Assembly (NCBI RefSeq): GCF_001194135.2
Contig: NC_069001.1
Span: 7,391,255-7,455,254, forward strand
Origin: Octopus bimaculoides
Taxonomy: Eukaryota
Reading direction: 5' to 3'
DNA length: 64,000 bases
Below the pieces are notes generated by a model. It was not told the origin of the DNA. It ran no database searches and saw only the letters and a list, made by a program, of their open reading frames with translations. Positions 48,726 to 62,279 of the stretch are shown piece after piece. A program made the position numbers and the translations under genes. Positions within the stretch are counted from its first letter, which is position 1, and every line of letters begins with the position of its first letter.

Positions 48726-48759
48726 TAGATAGATAGATAGACAGATAGATAGATAGATA

Positions 48760-48957
48760 GTGAATCCAAACAAAGAACAAACAAGAAAAAACAATAACAC
48801 AAGGTCGTGGTACAATTACTGTATTATCAGATGCTCAGGAAAGGAAGGAAAGAGGATTTAATGTTTCGAGCCAAGCTCTTTGTCAGAAATAGAGGAAAGT
48901 TCAAAGGAAGGGAAGACGGAGGAAGAAAATCGCCAACGATACACATGCGGTTACATT
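48760..48957 (-). mobile_element. PLE-type terminal repeat relic (same family as 59584-59790) with an inactivated HHR at 48857-48890
   Basis: Minus strand ATTT-CTGACAA-A-GAGC-ttg-GCTC-GAAA-CATT-AAAT. Confidence 0.65.
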
Positions 48958-48996
48958 AGATAGATAGACAGATAGATTTTAAAATGTTAATTGTAC

Positions 48997-49187
48997 TAGC
49001 CGGTCAGAGAGTGACCGTTGGATTCACAACTATAAATTGCTTAGATGTATAGGTGACCTGTTAGACTCAATCGGCTGGAGGCATATAATCTCTCTAGTGC
49101 TTTCAGGTATTTGAGTCTGACGAGTCACCTGTACAGGTAAGCGCTTTATAGGTGTGAAATCAATGGTCACACTCTGACCACTGGCTA
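48997..49187. mobile_element. Fold-back element with arms of about 75 bp (48997-49070 / 49111-49187), TA at both ends
   Basis: tagcc..ggtcagagagtgaccgttggattcacaactataaa...gactcaa pairs with ttgagtc...tttataggtgtgaaatcaatggtcacactctgaccactggcta. Confidence 0.75.
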
Positions 49188-49319
49188 TAACAAACAACCT
49201 TCCAAATATTACTTCTCCAATGTTTTAGATTCTGTTTCTTTTCAGAATTATGAAATACTGACTGATTATATATATATGTGTGTGTGTGTGTATATATGTG
49301 TGTGTGTGTGTGTGTTTGT

Positions 49320-49378
<59 letters not shown>

Positions 49379-49591
49379 ATCAACAACACCATCACATATA
49401 TGGAGTAGAGGTACTTGCATAATTGTGAATTTGTTGATCTACGTATGTGTACATGAATGTATATGTGTGCATAAATATATATACACACTAATGTATGTAT
49501 GTATGTATATACATATGTAGATTTATGCTGACTATATTGTATGATTTTCATGTATGTATGTATGTATGCACGATTTTCACATATGTATGTT

Positions 49592-49626
<35 letters not shown>

Positions 49627-50418
49627 ACATGATTTTCATGCACGTGTGTGTGTGTGCATGTGTGTGTGTACGTATGTATGGATGAATGTCATGTATGTAT
49701 GTTTGTCTCTCTATGTATGTATGCATGCATGATTTTCATGTAGGTATTTCTGCATGTATGCATATTTTCATGTATGTATTTCTTTATATGGGTATGTATG
49801 CATGCATGATATTCATCTATATATGTGTGTATGTATGCACTGTATGTATGAATGGCTTTCATGGATACATGTATATATATTTTCATGTAGTACATGTATT
49901 ATTGTATACATGTGTGTTTATGAAGGCATATAATCAAATAAATACGTACATTAGTGTATGCGTGTATTTGCAAGTTACAGTTAATATTTGATGTGTACGT
50001 GAATGTGTATGTGTGTGTGTGTGTGTGAAAATGCGACAGCCTTTCCTTTTGGTTATCTTATAAGTCATGTGCATGGATTTTCAAAGAAAAACAACAACAA
50101 CGACAACAAACATTACATGCGACCATGCGTATGTGTGATGATTGTGTGTGTGTGTGTCTTTTTGCTTCATCATGGTGTGTGTGTGTGTGTGTGTGTGTGT
50201 ATGACTATGTATGTGTAAATACTGGTCTATAATATAAACTAACGGAAGCTTTTAAGAGTCTGTTTTCATTTCTACATACTGAAAACATCCTTGATATTGT
50301 GATAAACACACACTCACGCACACATAGACTGAGACATTACAAATATATCACACACACACACACAAACAGATACACAAACACACACACACACATACATACA
50401 CACTGACCAATTTTTTTT

Positions 50419-50640
50419 ATCTTTTACATGTTTCAGTTATTGGACTACAGCCATGCTGGAGCACTGCATTGAAGGATTTAGCCAAACACATTCACCGCTA
50501 TATTTTTCATTATTTTTTAAACAACATACTTATTCTGTTGGTCTCTCTAACTGAACTGCTAAGTTATAGGGATGTAAACAAACCAACAGTAGTTGTCTAG
50601 TGGTGGTAAGGGACAGACACATACACAAAGGCACACACAC
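50419..50640 (-). mobile_element. SINE family A 3' half, diverged
   Basis: ggactacagccatgctggagcac...gaactgctaagttatagggatgtaaaca. Confidence 0.75.
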
Positions 50641-50866
50641 ACACATGATATACACATGCGCATGATATACACACACACAAACACACATGCGTGCATATAT
50701 ATACAAATACATGTATATATATNNNNNNNNNNNNNNNNNNNNNNNNNNNNNNNNNNNNNNNNNNNNNNNNNNNNNNNNNNNNNNNNNNNNNNNNNNNNNN
50801 NNNNNNNNNNNNNNNNNNNNNNNNNNNNNNNNNNNNNNNNNNNNNNNNNNNNNNNNNNNNNNNNNN

Positions 50867-50903
<37 letters not shown>

Positions 50904-51155
50904 CAAGTGTAGTTTATATGCTATATGAAACCAAAAAATAATATTCGGTTGTCACTAATTGTGACTGAGGGTGCCAGGTAGCACCTATATATAAAGGCAT
51001 GAAATTCCAAGGATGTTTTGGATGTTGACTGATAAAAGAATTAGCTACCAATTTTCTGTTTGACATGTTTCTCGTAAAATTTTCCGTTTGTTGTGTTTTT
51101 GTTAAATTTTTGAAATACACACACACACACACACACACATATATACTGTATATAT

Positions 51156-51304
51156 GTGATGGGCTTCTTTCAGTTTCCATGTGCCAAATCCACTCATGAG
51201 GTTTTGGTTGGCGTGCTGCTATAGTAGAAGACACTTGCCCGAGGTACCATGCAATGAGACTGAACTCAGAACCTGGAGCCATGATGTGGTTGGGAAGCAA
51301 GCTT
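51156..51304 (-). mobile_element. SINE family A head
   Basis: gggcttctttcagtttcc...gctatagtagaagacacttgccc. Confidence 0.8.
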
Positions 51305-51730
51305 CAGAAAAATGTACTCAATACATATAGCTGAGTGAATGTAATTGTGCACACACACACACATATGTACAGAGATTACCACATGTTCACAAACAAATAT
51401 ATTTACATAGATTCACACATATTCATACATATATTCATACACACACATCAAAACTGAGTGATGGAGATAAATACGTATTAAAATTTATAATAGTTTTAGA
51501 AAAAAGAAAAGAAACACCTCACTTCCCCACACATCCTCTGTGGAGACCAACAAACCACCACCGACCCTTCCACACACACACATACAACAATGTTGTAGAT
51601 AAAGTAAATAACACAAACCCCTTATCCGCCTTAGTTAATACAGTAAATTATTTATCAATTAATTCTTAATTGTAATGGAGTAAAAAGAAACTGAAACAGA
51701 CACATGATGGATGAATGAATAGAATGTCAA

Positions 51731-51764
<34 letters not shown>

Positions 51765-51799
51765 TTGAGAGAGAAAGAGAAAGTGAGTAACAGAGAGAG

Positions 51800-52500
<701 letters not shown>

Positions 52501-52513
52501 GATTGCTTCTTAC

Positions 52514-52620
52514 GTTGCTGGTTGTATGGAGTACGTATTTCCATCCTGTACATCTAAATCTGTCGAACCATTCACTTGTTCCAGGCCGAAACTGCTATTG
52601 TCAACATCCATAATTTCTCT
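52514..52620 (-). CDS. Possible internal exon of an unidentified gene (REIMDVDNSSFGLEQVNGSTDLDVQDGNTYSIQPA)
   Basis: Open, non-repetitive acidic frame; AG at 52622-52621 after a pyrimidine-rich stretch; donor GTAAGA at 52513. No homology recognised. Confidence 0.25.
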
Positions 52621-52786
52621 CTTGGATGAAGATGGTATATTCCAAACATATAATAAAAAAACAAACAAACAAACTATTTTGCTTCTTTTCAAATCCTTCA
52701 CAACTGATTCCAGAATTCCAGATAGCAGTGTGCCTTTTTTTTTTGTTTTTGTTTCTTTTTTTGCTTGGAATTAAGAGCGATTCTTA

Positions 52787-52819
<33 letters not shown>

Positions 52820-53787
52820 GCAATCACCGTTTAATTGTTGTTACTGCCATCTAGAATTACTGTCACCTCTCCGTGTTTTCTTAATTTGTGGGGGGAAAAA
52901 AAACCCCAGCAAGAGAAAGAGAGGGAGAACAGCTGAAGAAGCCAGTAGTATTGTGATTTATCATAGCATTATTTATAGTGATGATGATGATGATGACGAT
53001 GATGATAATGATGACGACTGACTATGATCACCTGGTTTGTTCTTGTGTATATAGATGTATAAGTGTATATCTGTATACATATATGCACGCGCACGCGTGT
53101 AGTACTGTGGTGACTTGTGTGTGTATGTGGATGGACTACACAAGATAAATGTTGTAGTAGAATATAATACTATGGAGAGGAGGAGGAGGAGAATGGATGA
53201 AGAGAGGGGGGGGCGGCCTGACTGACTAGCTGGCTGACTGTCTGCCTGCCTGATTGCAGTGCATCAGCAAGTAGCAGAGGGAGGAGGGAGGAGGAGGAAG
53301 AGGAGGAGGAGAAAAAGACAGAGAGAGAGCACTAAAGTAGATGATGGTGGCGGTGATGGTGGTGGTGGTGGTGATGGTGGTGGTGATATTGGTGAGGTTA
53401 ACAGTCAGTTTGTCAGTCGGTCGGTTGGTCTGTCAGTCAACCATGCTACATCATTCATCAGGAGTGATAATGAAAATACAGTCAGTTTATCTAGAGATCT
53501 ATCTTATATCTATTTATATAATGTCCCCCCCCCCACCGCCGCTCTCCCTTCTTGCCCTTCATCTCATTGTCTATCTGTATCTGTTAGTCTTAACATAGCT
53601 TTAACCATCTATCATTATCTATCACATACATATATACACACACACACACACATGTGTATGTCAGTATAAATAAATAAATGTGTGTGTGTGTGTGTGTGTG
53701 TGTACGTGTGTACCTGTCCCTTTAATCCTAGGTCCTCTATCTTTGTGTGTCCTTATCAGTTCTATCTACCTACGTAAGTTATCCATC

Positions 53788-53822
<35 letters not shown>

Positions 53823-53991
53823 ATATTGTATGTGTGTGTATTTATGTATATACAAATGACAAAGATATATATATATATGTGTGTGTGAGCATACATTTAT
53901 GTATGTATATATATCATTTTATTTTTCATTTGTTTTCATTTTATCTAGTTTCAGTTCATGAGCTGTGGCCATGCTGGGGCACCACCATATG

Positions 53992-54025
<34 letters not shown>

Positions 54026-54498
54026 CACATGTGTATGAGCATATGTGCATGTGTGAGCGCATATCTTCTTCGCTTGTACCTAATTTTTCCTACACACAAA
54101 CATGAACATACACACACACACACACACCACACATGCACATATTCAAATATAAGCCCACATGCCTGCACGCACACAAATGTAGATGGCTAGATCGATAGAT
54201 ATAACCACCATCTACATTGATGTCAGAGCAGTTAGAGAGGTAGGTGCCAGTGCCGGTGCTGTGTTGTGTTGTGTTGGTTAGTGATGGCTGCAGATTACGG
54301 AATGAAAAAGGGCAACACATTAAATTCGTAGTCGATATTGATTGTCAAACATTTTGTCAACGACCTCTAAACCACATCACCATGTTACAACATCATACCA
54401 TGCCATCACACACACATGCACAGAATCCATTAAATAAAAGCTAGATACACACATACATTAGATGTACATTTATATATATATATATCTGTATCTATCTA

Positions 54499-54536
<38 letters not shown>

Positions 54537-55651
54537 ACACACAAATATATATATAGAGAGAGAGAGACGACACTATCTAATGGTAGTTATTTATCAACTA
54601 TAAAGGATATTTACTACTAAAATACGGCCGGTGGTAGTGGTCAGTTAGATATAAAACTGACCGTTCTAGCAAACTTGATTGAGAGAGAATAAAAAAAAAG
54701 AAAACAAAGCAAAAAATACTAAACTCCACACCCAACCCCCTACCACCNNNNNNNNNNNNNNNNNNNNNNNNNNNNNNNNNNNNNNNNNNNNNNNNNNNNN
54801 NNNNNNNNNNNNNNNNNNNNNNNNNNNNNNNNNNNNNNNNNNNNNNNNNNNNNNNNNNNNNNNNNNNNNNNNNNNNNNNNNNNNNNNNNNNNNNNNNNNN
54901 NNNNNNNNNNNNNNNNNNNNNNNNNNNNNNNNNNNNNNNNNNNNNNNNNNNNNNNNNNNNNNNNNNNNNNNNNNNNNNNNNNNNNNNNNNNNNNNNNNNN
55001 NNNNNNNNNNNNNNNNNNNNNNNNNNNNNNNNNNNNNNNNNNNNNNNNNNNNNNNNNNNNNNNNNNNNNNNNNNNNNNNNNNNNNNNNNNNNNNNNNNNN
55101 NNNNNNNNNNNNNNNNNNNNNNNNNNNNNNNNNNNNNNNNNNNNNNNNNNNNNNNNNNNNNNNNNNNNNNNNNNNNNNNNNNNNNNNNNNNNNNNNNNNN
55201 NNNNNNNNNNNNNNNNNNNNNNNNNNNNNNNNNNNNNNNNNNNNNNNNNNNNNNNNNNNNNNNNNNNNNNNNNNNNNNNNNNNNNNNNNNNNNNNNNNNN
55301 NNNNNNNNNNNNNNNNNNNNNNNNNNNNNNNNNNNNNNNNNNNNNNNNNNNNNNNNNNNNNNNNNNNNNNNNNNNNNNNNNNNNNNNNNNNNNNNNNNNN
55401 NNNNNNNNNNNNNNNNNNNNNNNNNNNNNTAATAGATGTGTGTATTTTAACCTTGTTAACGGTTAACATGGAAAAAATAGATAAATAGTTACCAGGGTAG
55501 CAAAAAATCACACAAGTAAAACGTTGTAACTCCTTGTTTTTAAAGGTAGAAACTCCGGGTTTACATGATATCTTTGAAACATGTGTCAGAAGTAAAAGAA
55601 TTTGAATAACAACTGCGTCTAACTCCAGTTATCTATCTATCTATCTATCTA

Positions 55652-55708
<57 letters not shown>

Positions 55709-55819
55709 ATATGTATGTAAGTATGTATGTATATATTTAGGTGTGTCTTTGTTTGCCTTACTCCCACTCACCCACTGCCGGTCAATTGGTGTTGGTGTGT
55801 TTAAGTCCCCATAACTTAC

Positions 55820-56049
55820 CAGACACATGTACCCTTAACGTAGTTCTCAGGGAAATTCAGCGCGACATAAAAAAATGGCAAGGCCGGCCCCTTTGAATTA
55901 CAGGTACAACTCACTTTTGCCAGCTGAGTGGACTGGAGCAATGTGAAATAAAGTGTCTTGCTCAAGGACACAATGTGCCACTGGGTATTGAACTTGTGAC
56001 CTTGTGTTTGCGAGCCAAATAACCCTAACCATTAAGCCACGCACCTTCT
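55820..56049 (-). mobile_element. SINE family D variant
   Basis: cagctgagtggactggagcaatgtgaaataaagtgtcttgctcaaggacac...aaccattaagccacgcaccttc. Confidence 0.8.
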
Positions 56050-57190
56050 CCAAACCTACCAGGCAGTTGTTAACTTGGTGAAAGCCTTTGACAGGGTTCC
56101 GAGTTGGGTAAGATTGTGATCACTAAAGAAAACCAGGGTTGATGAATAAGTGTGAAACACACAAGTTGTATAATACAATGATGCCGTCAGCAAGATGAAA
56201 GTCAACAACAATTTTGGCGACAAATTAATTATGTAGACAGCAGTTAATCATTAAGGTTCAGTTCTTAGTCTCTTCAGTGATTACGCATGAAGTGCAATGC
56301 CGCATGACCGCCAGATATAGAGTCTGAATGTGGAAGATGTGTGACAGCTAGAAAGAAATGAAGCAAGCATGCTCTGCTGAACGTGTAACATTAACGTGCT
56401 TGAATGGCGGAGCACAAATAAGCAGACAGGAAGACTAGAGATAAGAAGAATCCAACGTAGCGTGCAAAAGTAAAAGGTGAGGGCGTGTGTGTGTATATGT
56501 GATGTGTATGGAGGATGACAACAGTGTAAGGAATTAGCACACACTCAAAGTGAATGGGACCTGTGGAAGAGAAGAAGACTGAGAATGAGCTGGGATAAAA
56601 TGGTGAAAACTCATCTTCAGATATTACACTTCTTGTCAAGCCAAGTGAAACTGTGGTTGTGGCTGATGCCAGTGTCGTGTAATTGGCACCTATGTCAGTG
56701 GCATGTAAAAAGCACCCGTCAAACGTTGGGTTTTACGGTGACAGTGACAAGTGACCGAGACTTTCGGCGATATGCTGTGCTTGAGAAGACTTGTCAAACC
56801 AAATGAGATCATAGTCGTGGCCAGAGTCGTGCAACTGGCATCCATACTGGTGGTGTGTATAAAAAACACCCTTTGAACGTTGGGGCTCGTGGAGACAGTG
56901 ATGAGTGACCAAGGCCTTTGGTAATATACTTTGCTAGAGAAGGTCTATCAAGCCATAGTTGTGGCTGATGCCAGTGTTATGTAAAGGATACCCATGCCAG
57001 TGGCAGGTAAAAAGCACCCACTACACTCTTGGTGTGGTTGGTGTTAGGAAGGGACTCCAGCAGTAGAAACGATGCCAAATCAGATTGGAACCTGCTGCAA
57101 CTCCCCAGCTTACCAGTTTTCAGTCAAACCGTCCAACCCATGCCAGCATGGAAAATGGATGCTAAAGGATGATGATGATGACGATGATGA
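56050..57190 (+). mobile_element. Decayed RTE-clade LINE: RT motif fragment, ORF2 C-terminus and family C 3' UTR with (GAT)n tail
   Basis: 56081-56101 encodes KAFDRVP. 56320-56620 encodes LERNEASML...LKVNGTCGR..WDKMVK..L. 56730-56810 encodes TVTSDRDFRRYAVLEKT. This is followed by family C sequence. Confidence 0.8.
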
Positions 57191-57587
57191 CATGACAAAG
57201 AAATGTAATGAATTGAGGTTAAAAAAATTGGAGAATAAATTGGAGAAAAATTGTAGAAGAAAATGTTCAAGGATAAATTCTAAACAGTCCTCTATGCCTG
57301 CATGTTCGATGTGTAACCTCAGCAAAAACTGAACTCATCTCACATAACCACCAACAGTCACATAATGTCAGAACTTTTTAACCCTCAACTGATCCTGCTC
57401 TATTCAATACTATCCTGGAATAATTCATAGAAGAGTGAAACATCTCATGACCTTAAGATACTGGCCAACAACAACTCCCTACTGGTGTAGGCTATGGTGC
57501 CCCCAAAATATGACTTTAGATTATGTGCCATAAAGTTATACAGGCCCTGGGCTAATATTAAAAATTATCCAAATTTATCTTTTTAAT

Positions 57588-57628
<41 letters not shown>

Positions 57629-58449
57629 ATAGAGACTCCTAGTAGTATGAGGGAACTAACCATTTTTTAAATATAATATTTGATAGGATTAGAAGTTTGA
57701 ATTTGAAATTAAGGAACAAAGGTGATGTGCACTAATCATGTATAGCACTATTTCATTCTTTTTAGAAAACATCAGAATGACATAACCTCAGATATATTAA
57801 TTAGACATATATATGCAAATGGACAGCTGGAAGCACATTCAGAAGTAATATAATACAAAATCATGTATTTCAGCTTCTTTTCAAATGTAGGAGTCTTGGT
57901 GCACTTTTAAAACCTCTACACTCAGATAGAAACCTATATATTTGTATACTCAGCTATTTTATATATACATATTATAAAAAAAAATAGTTATACAGCACTT
58001 TGCTCTGAATCCTTTTGATGCATGGTGGTTTGTTATCCAGACAATAACCAAAAGTCGTTCTGTTGGTGGCATACATGCATATACACACACATCCACACAC
58101 ATTTATATATATATACGATATACAAATGCAGCTGAATGTATCAGAAATCTAACATAGAATTTTCAGTGTTCACATAACTGGAAAGTGACAAATAATTTAT
58201 GGAAAAAAAAAGAAAAGCAATTTCCCTGTCTTGTTTAAACGTCACAAATCATTAATATTTAAAGAGTGGGTTATTATGTTTTGCGAACAACGGATATTAA
58301 AAATACGCTTCAACAAATGTCATATATATACATACATATATGTGCGTGTGTGTGTGCATATATATATACATATATATGTAAATACGTATATGCACACACA
58401 TCTGAATGTATGCAACAATTACTGTAATTAATGACCAGTAATCATTTTG

Positions 58450-58494
<45 letters not shown>

Positions 58495-58509
58495 AGAGTG
58501 CATATATTC

Positions 58510-58582
58510 TTTTGTTCTTTTACTTGTTTCAGTCGTTTGACTGCAGCCATGCTGGAGCACCGCCTTTAGTCGAGCAAATCTG
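58510..58582 (-). mobile_element. SINE family A tail fragment
   Basis: cttttacttgtttcagtcgtttgactgcagccatgctggagcaccgcctttagtcgagcaaatc. Confidence 0.85.
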
Positions 58583-58594
58583 TAACCCTTTAAA

Positions 58595-58982
58595 ATGGAA
58601 GATAAGAAAGTTCATTTTCAGCACTTGATGCTTTTCTTTTTCCGTAAAGGGAAAAATGCCTCACAAACAACCAAAGAAATATGCGCAGTTTACGGTGATG
58701 TTTCTTTATCTGAAAGAACTGTACAGAAGTGGTTCGCAAGGTTCCAAGCTGGAGATTGTAGCCTTATTGAGCGACAAGGAAGACCATCCACTACAGATGA
58801 TGACGAAATCAAGTCATTAATTGAGAATAATCCACAATGCACAACCCGAAAATTGGCAGAAAGCCTCAAAAAGCCTCAACCTATCAAAATCCGTTGTTCA
58901 TGAGTACCTGGTAAAGCTTGGGTACACAAATCACTACAATGTTTGGGTACCACATGAGTTGAGTGAGAAGAACCTTTTGGAA
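58595..58982 (+). pseudogene. Mariner transposase N-terminal (HTH to WVPHEL) relic with one frameshift
   Basis: MEDKKVHFQHLMLFFFRKGKNASQ..KEICAVYG...QKWFARF...GRPSTTDDDEIKSLIENNP, then LNLSKSVVHEYLVKLGY...VWVPHELSEKNL. Confidence 0.9.
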
Positions 58983-59583
58983 AATCAGCACAAACTTTCC
59001 GGACAACCCAATACAATGACAGTTGCTTCTGACAGGACCATATGGAAGAGGTACATGAAGATTCTACCCTCGCAGTCCTCCAAGGGACTATGCATGAAGA
59101 AAATAGGTAGATGAATGGATGGTTAAATAAATGCGTTAAAACATTTTAATTAAATATGGTGGAAGTGCACAACATACCTATGTAATGTAAAATTAAACCC
59201 TCGTTATATGTTCTTAACACAGATGTGCCCCCACAGGATCACACATAATTGTAATTCACCCCTGGTATTTCAAAAGGGGTTCCCCTACCGTAGCCATAAA
59301 AACTCCCTTGATGTCTCTGAGGATACATTCATGCATGCATGAGTCTGTGAGTTAGAGAGTTTGTTGGCTAGACAGTTTCCAATTTCTGCAGTTGAAATAT
59401 ATTCTTGTACAGCAAGTGAAAATGATGTCTGCTTTTTATAATTAGAATAAGCCATCTGTTAACATCAACAACAAATATTATAATTTCAACATCTACAGGG
59501 TGGCCAAGAGCAGGCTCTTTATCGCAGACATTAATAAATTAACAGAAATAAACAACCTATGACCATACATATATATATATATA

Positions 59584-59790
59584 TAGTCAATTCAAACATG
59601 AACAAGCAACAAAAACACGAAAAAACAACGCGAGGACTTGGAATAAATACAGTGTTATTGGACGCTCAGGAAAGGAAAGAAAAGAAAGAGGATTTAACAT
59701 TTCGATCAGAGATCTTTATCAGAAATGTAGGAAAATTCCAAAGAAGGGAAGACGGAGAAAGAAAATCGCCAACGATGCACACAGGCATGG
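59584..59790 (-). mobile_element. PLE-type terminal repeat relic with an inactivated HHR at 59692-59726
   Basis: Homologous to 48760-48957. Minus strand ATTT-CTGATAA-A-GATC-tct-GATC-GAAA-TGTT-AAAT; follows (TA)n. Confidence 0.65.
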
Positions 59791-59930
59791 CTGGGTAGTA
59801 AGAAGCTTGTTTCCTGACCACATGGTCTTGAGTTCAGTCCTACTGCATGGCATGTTGACCAAGTGTCTCCTGCTATTAGATCTTAGTCAACCGAAGTCTT
59901 GTGAGTGGATCTGGTAGATGGCAACTGAAA
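59791..59930 (+). mobile_element. SINE family A head, diverged
   Basis: gtaagaagcttgtttcctgaccacatggtcttgagttcagtcctactgcatggc...gtgagtggatctggtagatggcaactgaaa. Confidence 0.8.
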
Positions 59931-59978
59931 CATCTTGCCACACAACCCTGCCTGCACCTATACCATACACACATGCAC

Positions 59979-60032
<54 letters not shown>

Positions 60033-60068
60033 TTTTGGTATGTTTGTTTCTCCTAGTCAGAAAAAGTA

Positions 60069-60124
<56 letters not shown>

Positions 60125-60334
60125 ATTTTTATATACGTATGTATGCACACACACACACACTAATCTCAATCTTGCCACCTGAATTAGAATATGAGTTTGT
60201 GTATATACATAAACACACAAAAGTAGTGAAAGAGTCTTTGAAATTATATAACTTTTTTCTATCAACAGTAAAATGAGGACAACACTATGCATGCATGCAC
60301 ACACACACACATTCATATATGCCTACATACATTT

Positions 60335-60365
<31 letters not shown>

Positions 60366-60537
60366 CATGCGCACACACATATATATATATATATATAAAC
60401 TTTTTCCATTCCTCTCCATCTCCATTTATATTTTCTTCCGATTATGACTTCCGATTTAAGACACTTTTATGGTTCCATATTGAAGCAGTTATTACAACCA
60501 AAATATTTCCTACCAGTCACTGCCTCTCTCTCTCCCC

Positions 60538-60593
<56 letters not shown>

Positions 60594-61074
60594 CTCTCTT
60601 TCTCTATGTATTACTATATTAAATTCCTCAATCTAAATAAATGGTGATCAATAGTTTTAACCCACAACAGGCACACAGCAGCAATACATTTCAATTGGAG
60701 CACAATTTCCCACCACCACCNNNNNNNNNNNNNNNNNNNNNNNNNNNNNNNNNNNNNNNNNNNNNNNNNNNNNNNNNNNNNNNNNNNNNNNNNNNNNNNN
60801 NNNNNNNNNNNNNNNNNNNNNNNNNNNNNNNNNNNNNNNNNNNNNNNNNNNNNNNNNNNNNNNNNNNNNNNNNNNNNNNNNNNNNNNNNNNNNNNNNNNN
60901 NNNNNNNNNNNNNNNNNNNNNNNNNNNNNNNNNNNNNNNNNNNNNNNNNNNNNNNNNNNNNNNNNNNNNNNNNNNNNNNNNNNNNNNNNNNNNNNNATCC
61001 ATCAGACGAGTCTGTAGATTCATAAATGGAATCAGAAACTCAGTTTGCTCTCTGCTTTCATCAACTTATTTTCT

Positions 61075-61267
61075 TTTATTCTTTCACATGTTCCAGTCAT
61101 TTCACTGCGGCCATGCTGGAGCACCACCTTGAAGAGCTTTAGTCGAAGAAATCGACCCCGCCCCAGGACTTATTCTTTGTAGGCCTAGTACTTATTCTAT
61201 CAGTGTCTTATTGCCAAACCACTAAGTTACAGGGACATAAACACACCAACATTCATTGTCAAGTGAT
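61075..61267 (-). mobile_element. SINE family A 3' half
   Basis: gcggccatgctggagcacc...ggacttattctttgtaggcctagtacttattctatc. Confidence 0.85.
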
Positions 61268-61438
61268 GGTCAGTATCTGATGGTCTGGTCAGTATCTGAT
61301 GGTCTGGTCAGCATTTGATGGTCTGGTCAGCATCTGATGGCATGGTCAGCATCTGATGGTCTGGTCAGCATCTGATGGTCTGGTCAGCATTTGATGGTAT
61401 GGTCAGTATCTGATGGTCTGGTCAGCATTTGATGGTCT
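61268..61438. repeat. 19-bp minisatellite, 9 copies
   Basis: Unit ggtcagYatYtgatggtct, head to tail with no spacers. Confidence 0.95.
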
Positions 61439-61789
61439 GTAATACTGTAACATTTGACCGAGTAATCTGAATACCAAAGGGGTACAGACAGTCAACAAAA
61501 TTGTCCGAAGGTCATGATTTATTCATCCAACTGTTGAGTCACAACTGTCCAAGAATACTGATGATATTAGTCTTCCCCTCGCCCATACATGATAAAAGGT
61601 CAACGGTTTTGACCTTCCATCATTGACTGAATTATACAAGGCATGTGAGAAAGGAACCCACATCCTCACTGATTAAGGCTAATGAGTATCGCCAGTTGGC
61701 CACTGGTGATTGTACTTCACCTTGCTTTCAGCACTTTTCACTCTTGACCATAGACACACATATTTCATTTAATAACATGCATAGGAACA

Positions 61790-61820
<31 letters not shown>

Positions 61821-61842
61821 ACACACACACAAATATATATAC

Positions 61843-62090
61843 AGAGGTCGTTGCCAGTGCCCCTGGATTGGCTCTCATGCAGGTGGCACGTAAAAAACAC
61901 CATTTGAGTGTGGCCGTGGCACGTAAAAGCACCCACTACACTCTCAGAGTGGTTGGTGTTAGGAAGGGCATCCAGCTGTAGAAACTCTGCCAAATCAGAT
62001 TGGAGCCTGGTGTAGCCATCTGGTTCACCAGTCCTCAGTCAAATCGTCCAACCCATGCTAGCATGGAAAGCGGACGTTAAACGATGATGA

Positions 62091-62093
<3 letters not shown>
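61843..62093 (+). mobile_element. Family C repeat, young copy
   Basis: gtaaaagcacccactacactctcagagtgg...gcatggaaagcggacgttaaacgatgatgatgat. Confidence 0.92.
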
Positions 62094-62127
<34 letters not shown>

Positions 62128-62225
62128 CACACACACACGAATATACATACATATATACATATATGTGCACACACACACACATGAATATACAAATATATAC
62201 ATATATACACACCCACACGAATATT

Positions 62226-62279
<54 letters not shown>

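Noticed and set aside
52510-52701. Secreted-peptide ORF (MKDLKRSKIVCLFVFLLYVW...KR)
   Set aside because: It starts at GTG rather than ATG, and the hydrophobic stretch is translated (GTTT)n/T-run. Only the downstream part is kept as a weak exon candidate.
61268-61438. CRISPR-like array
   Set aside because: Units are contiguous with no unique spacers, there are no cas genes, and the context is eukaryotic.
61558-61600. CTGATGA as a hammerhead core
   Set aside because: No paired domain II or GAAA/NUH downstream.
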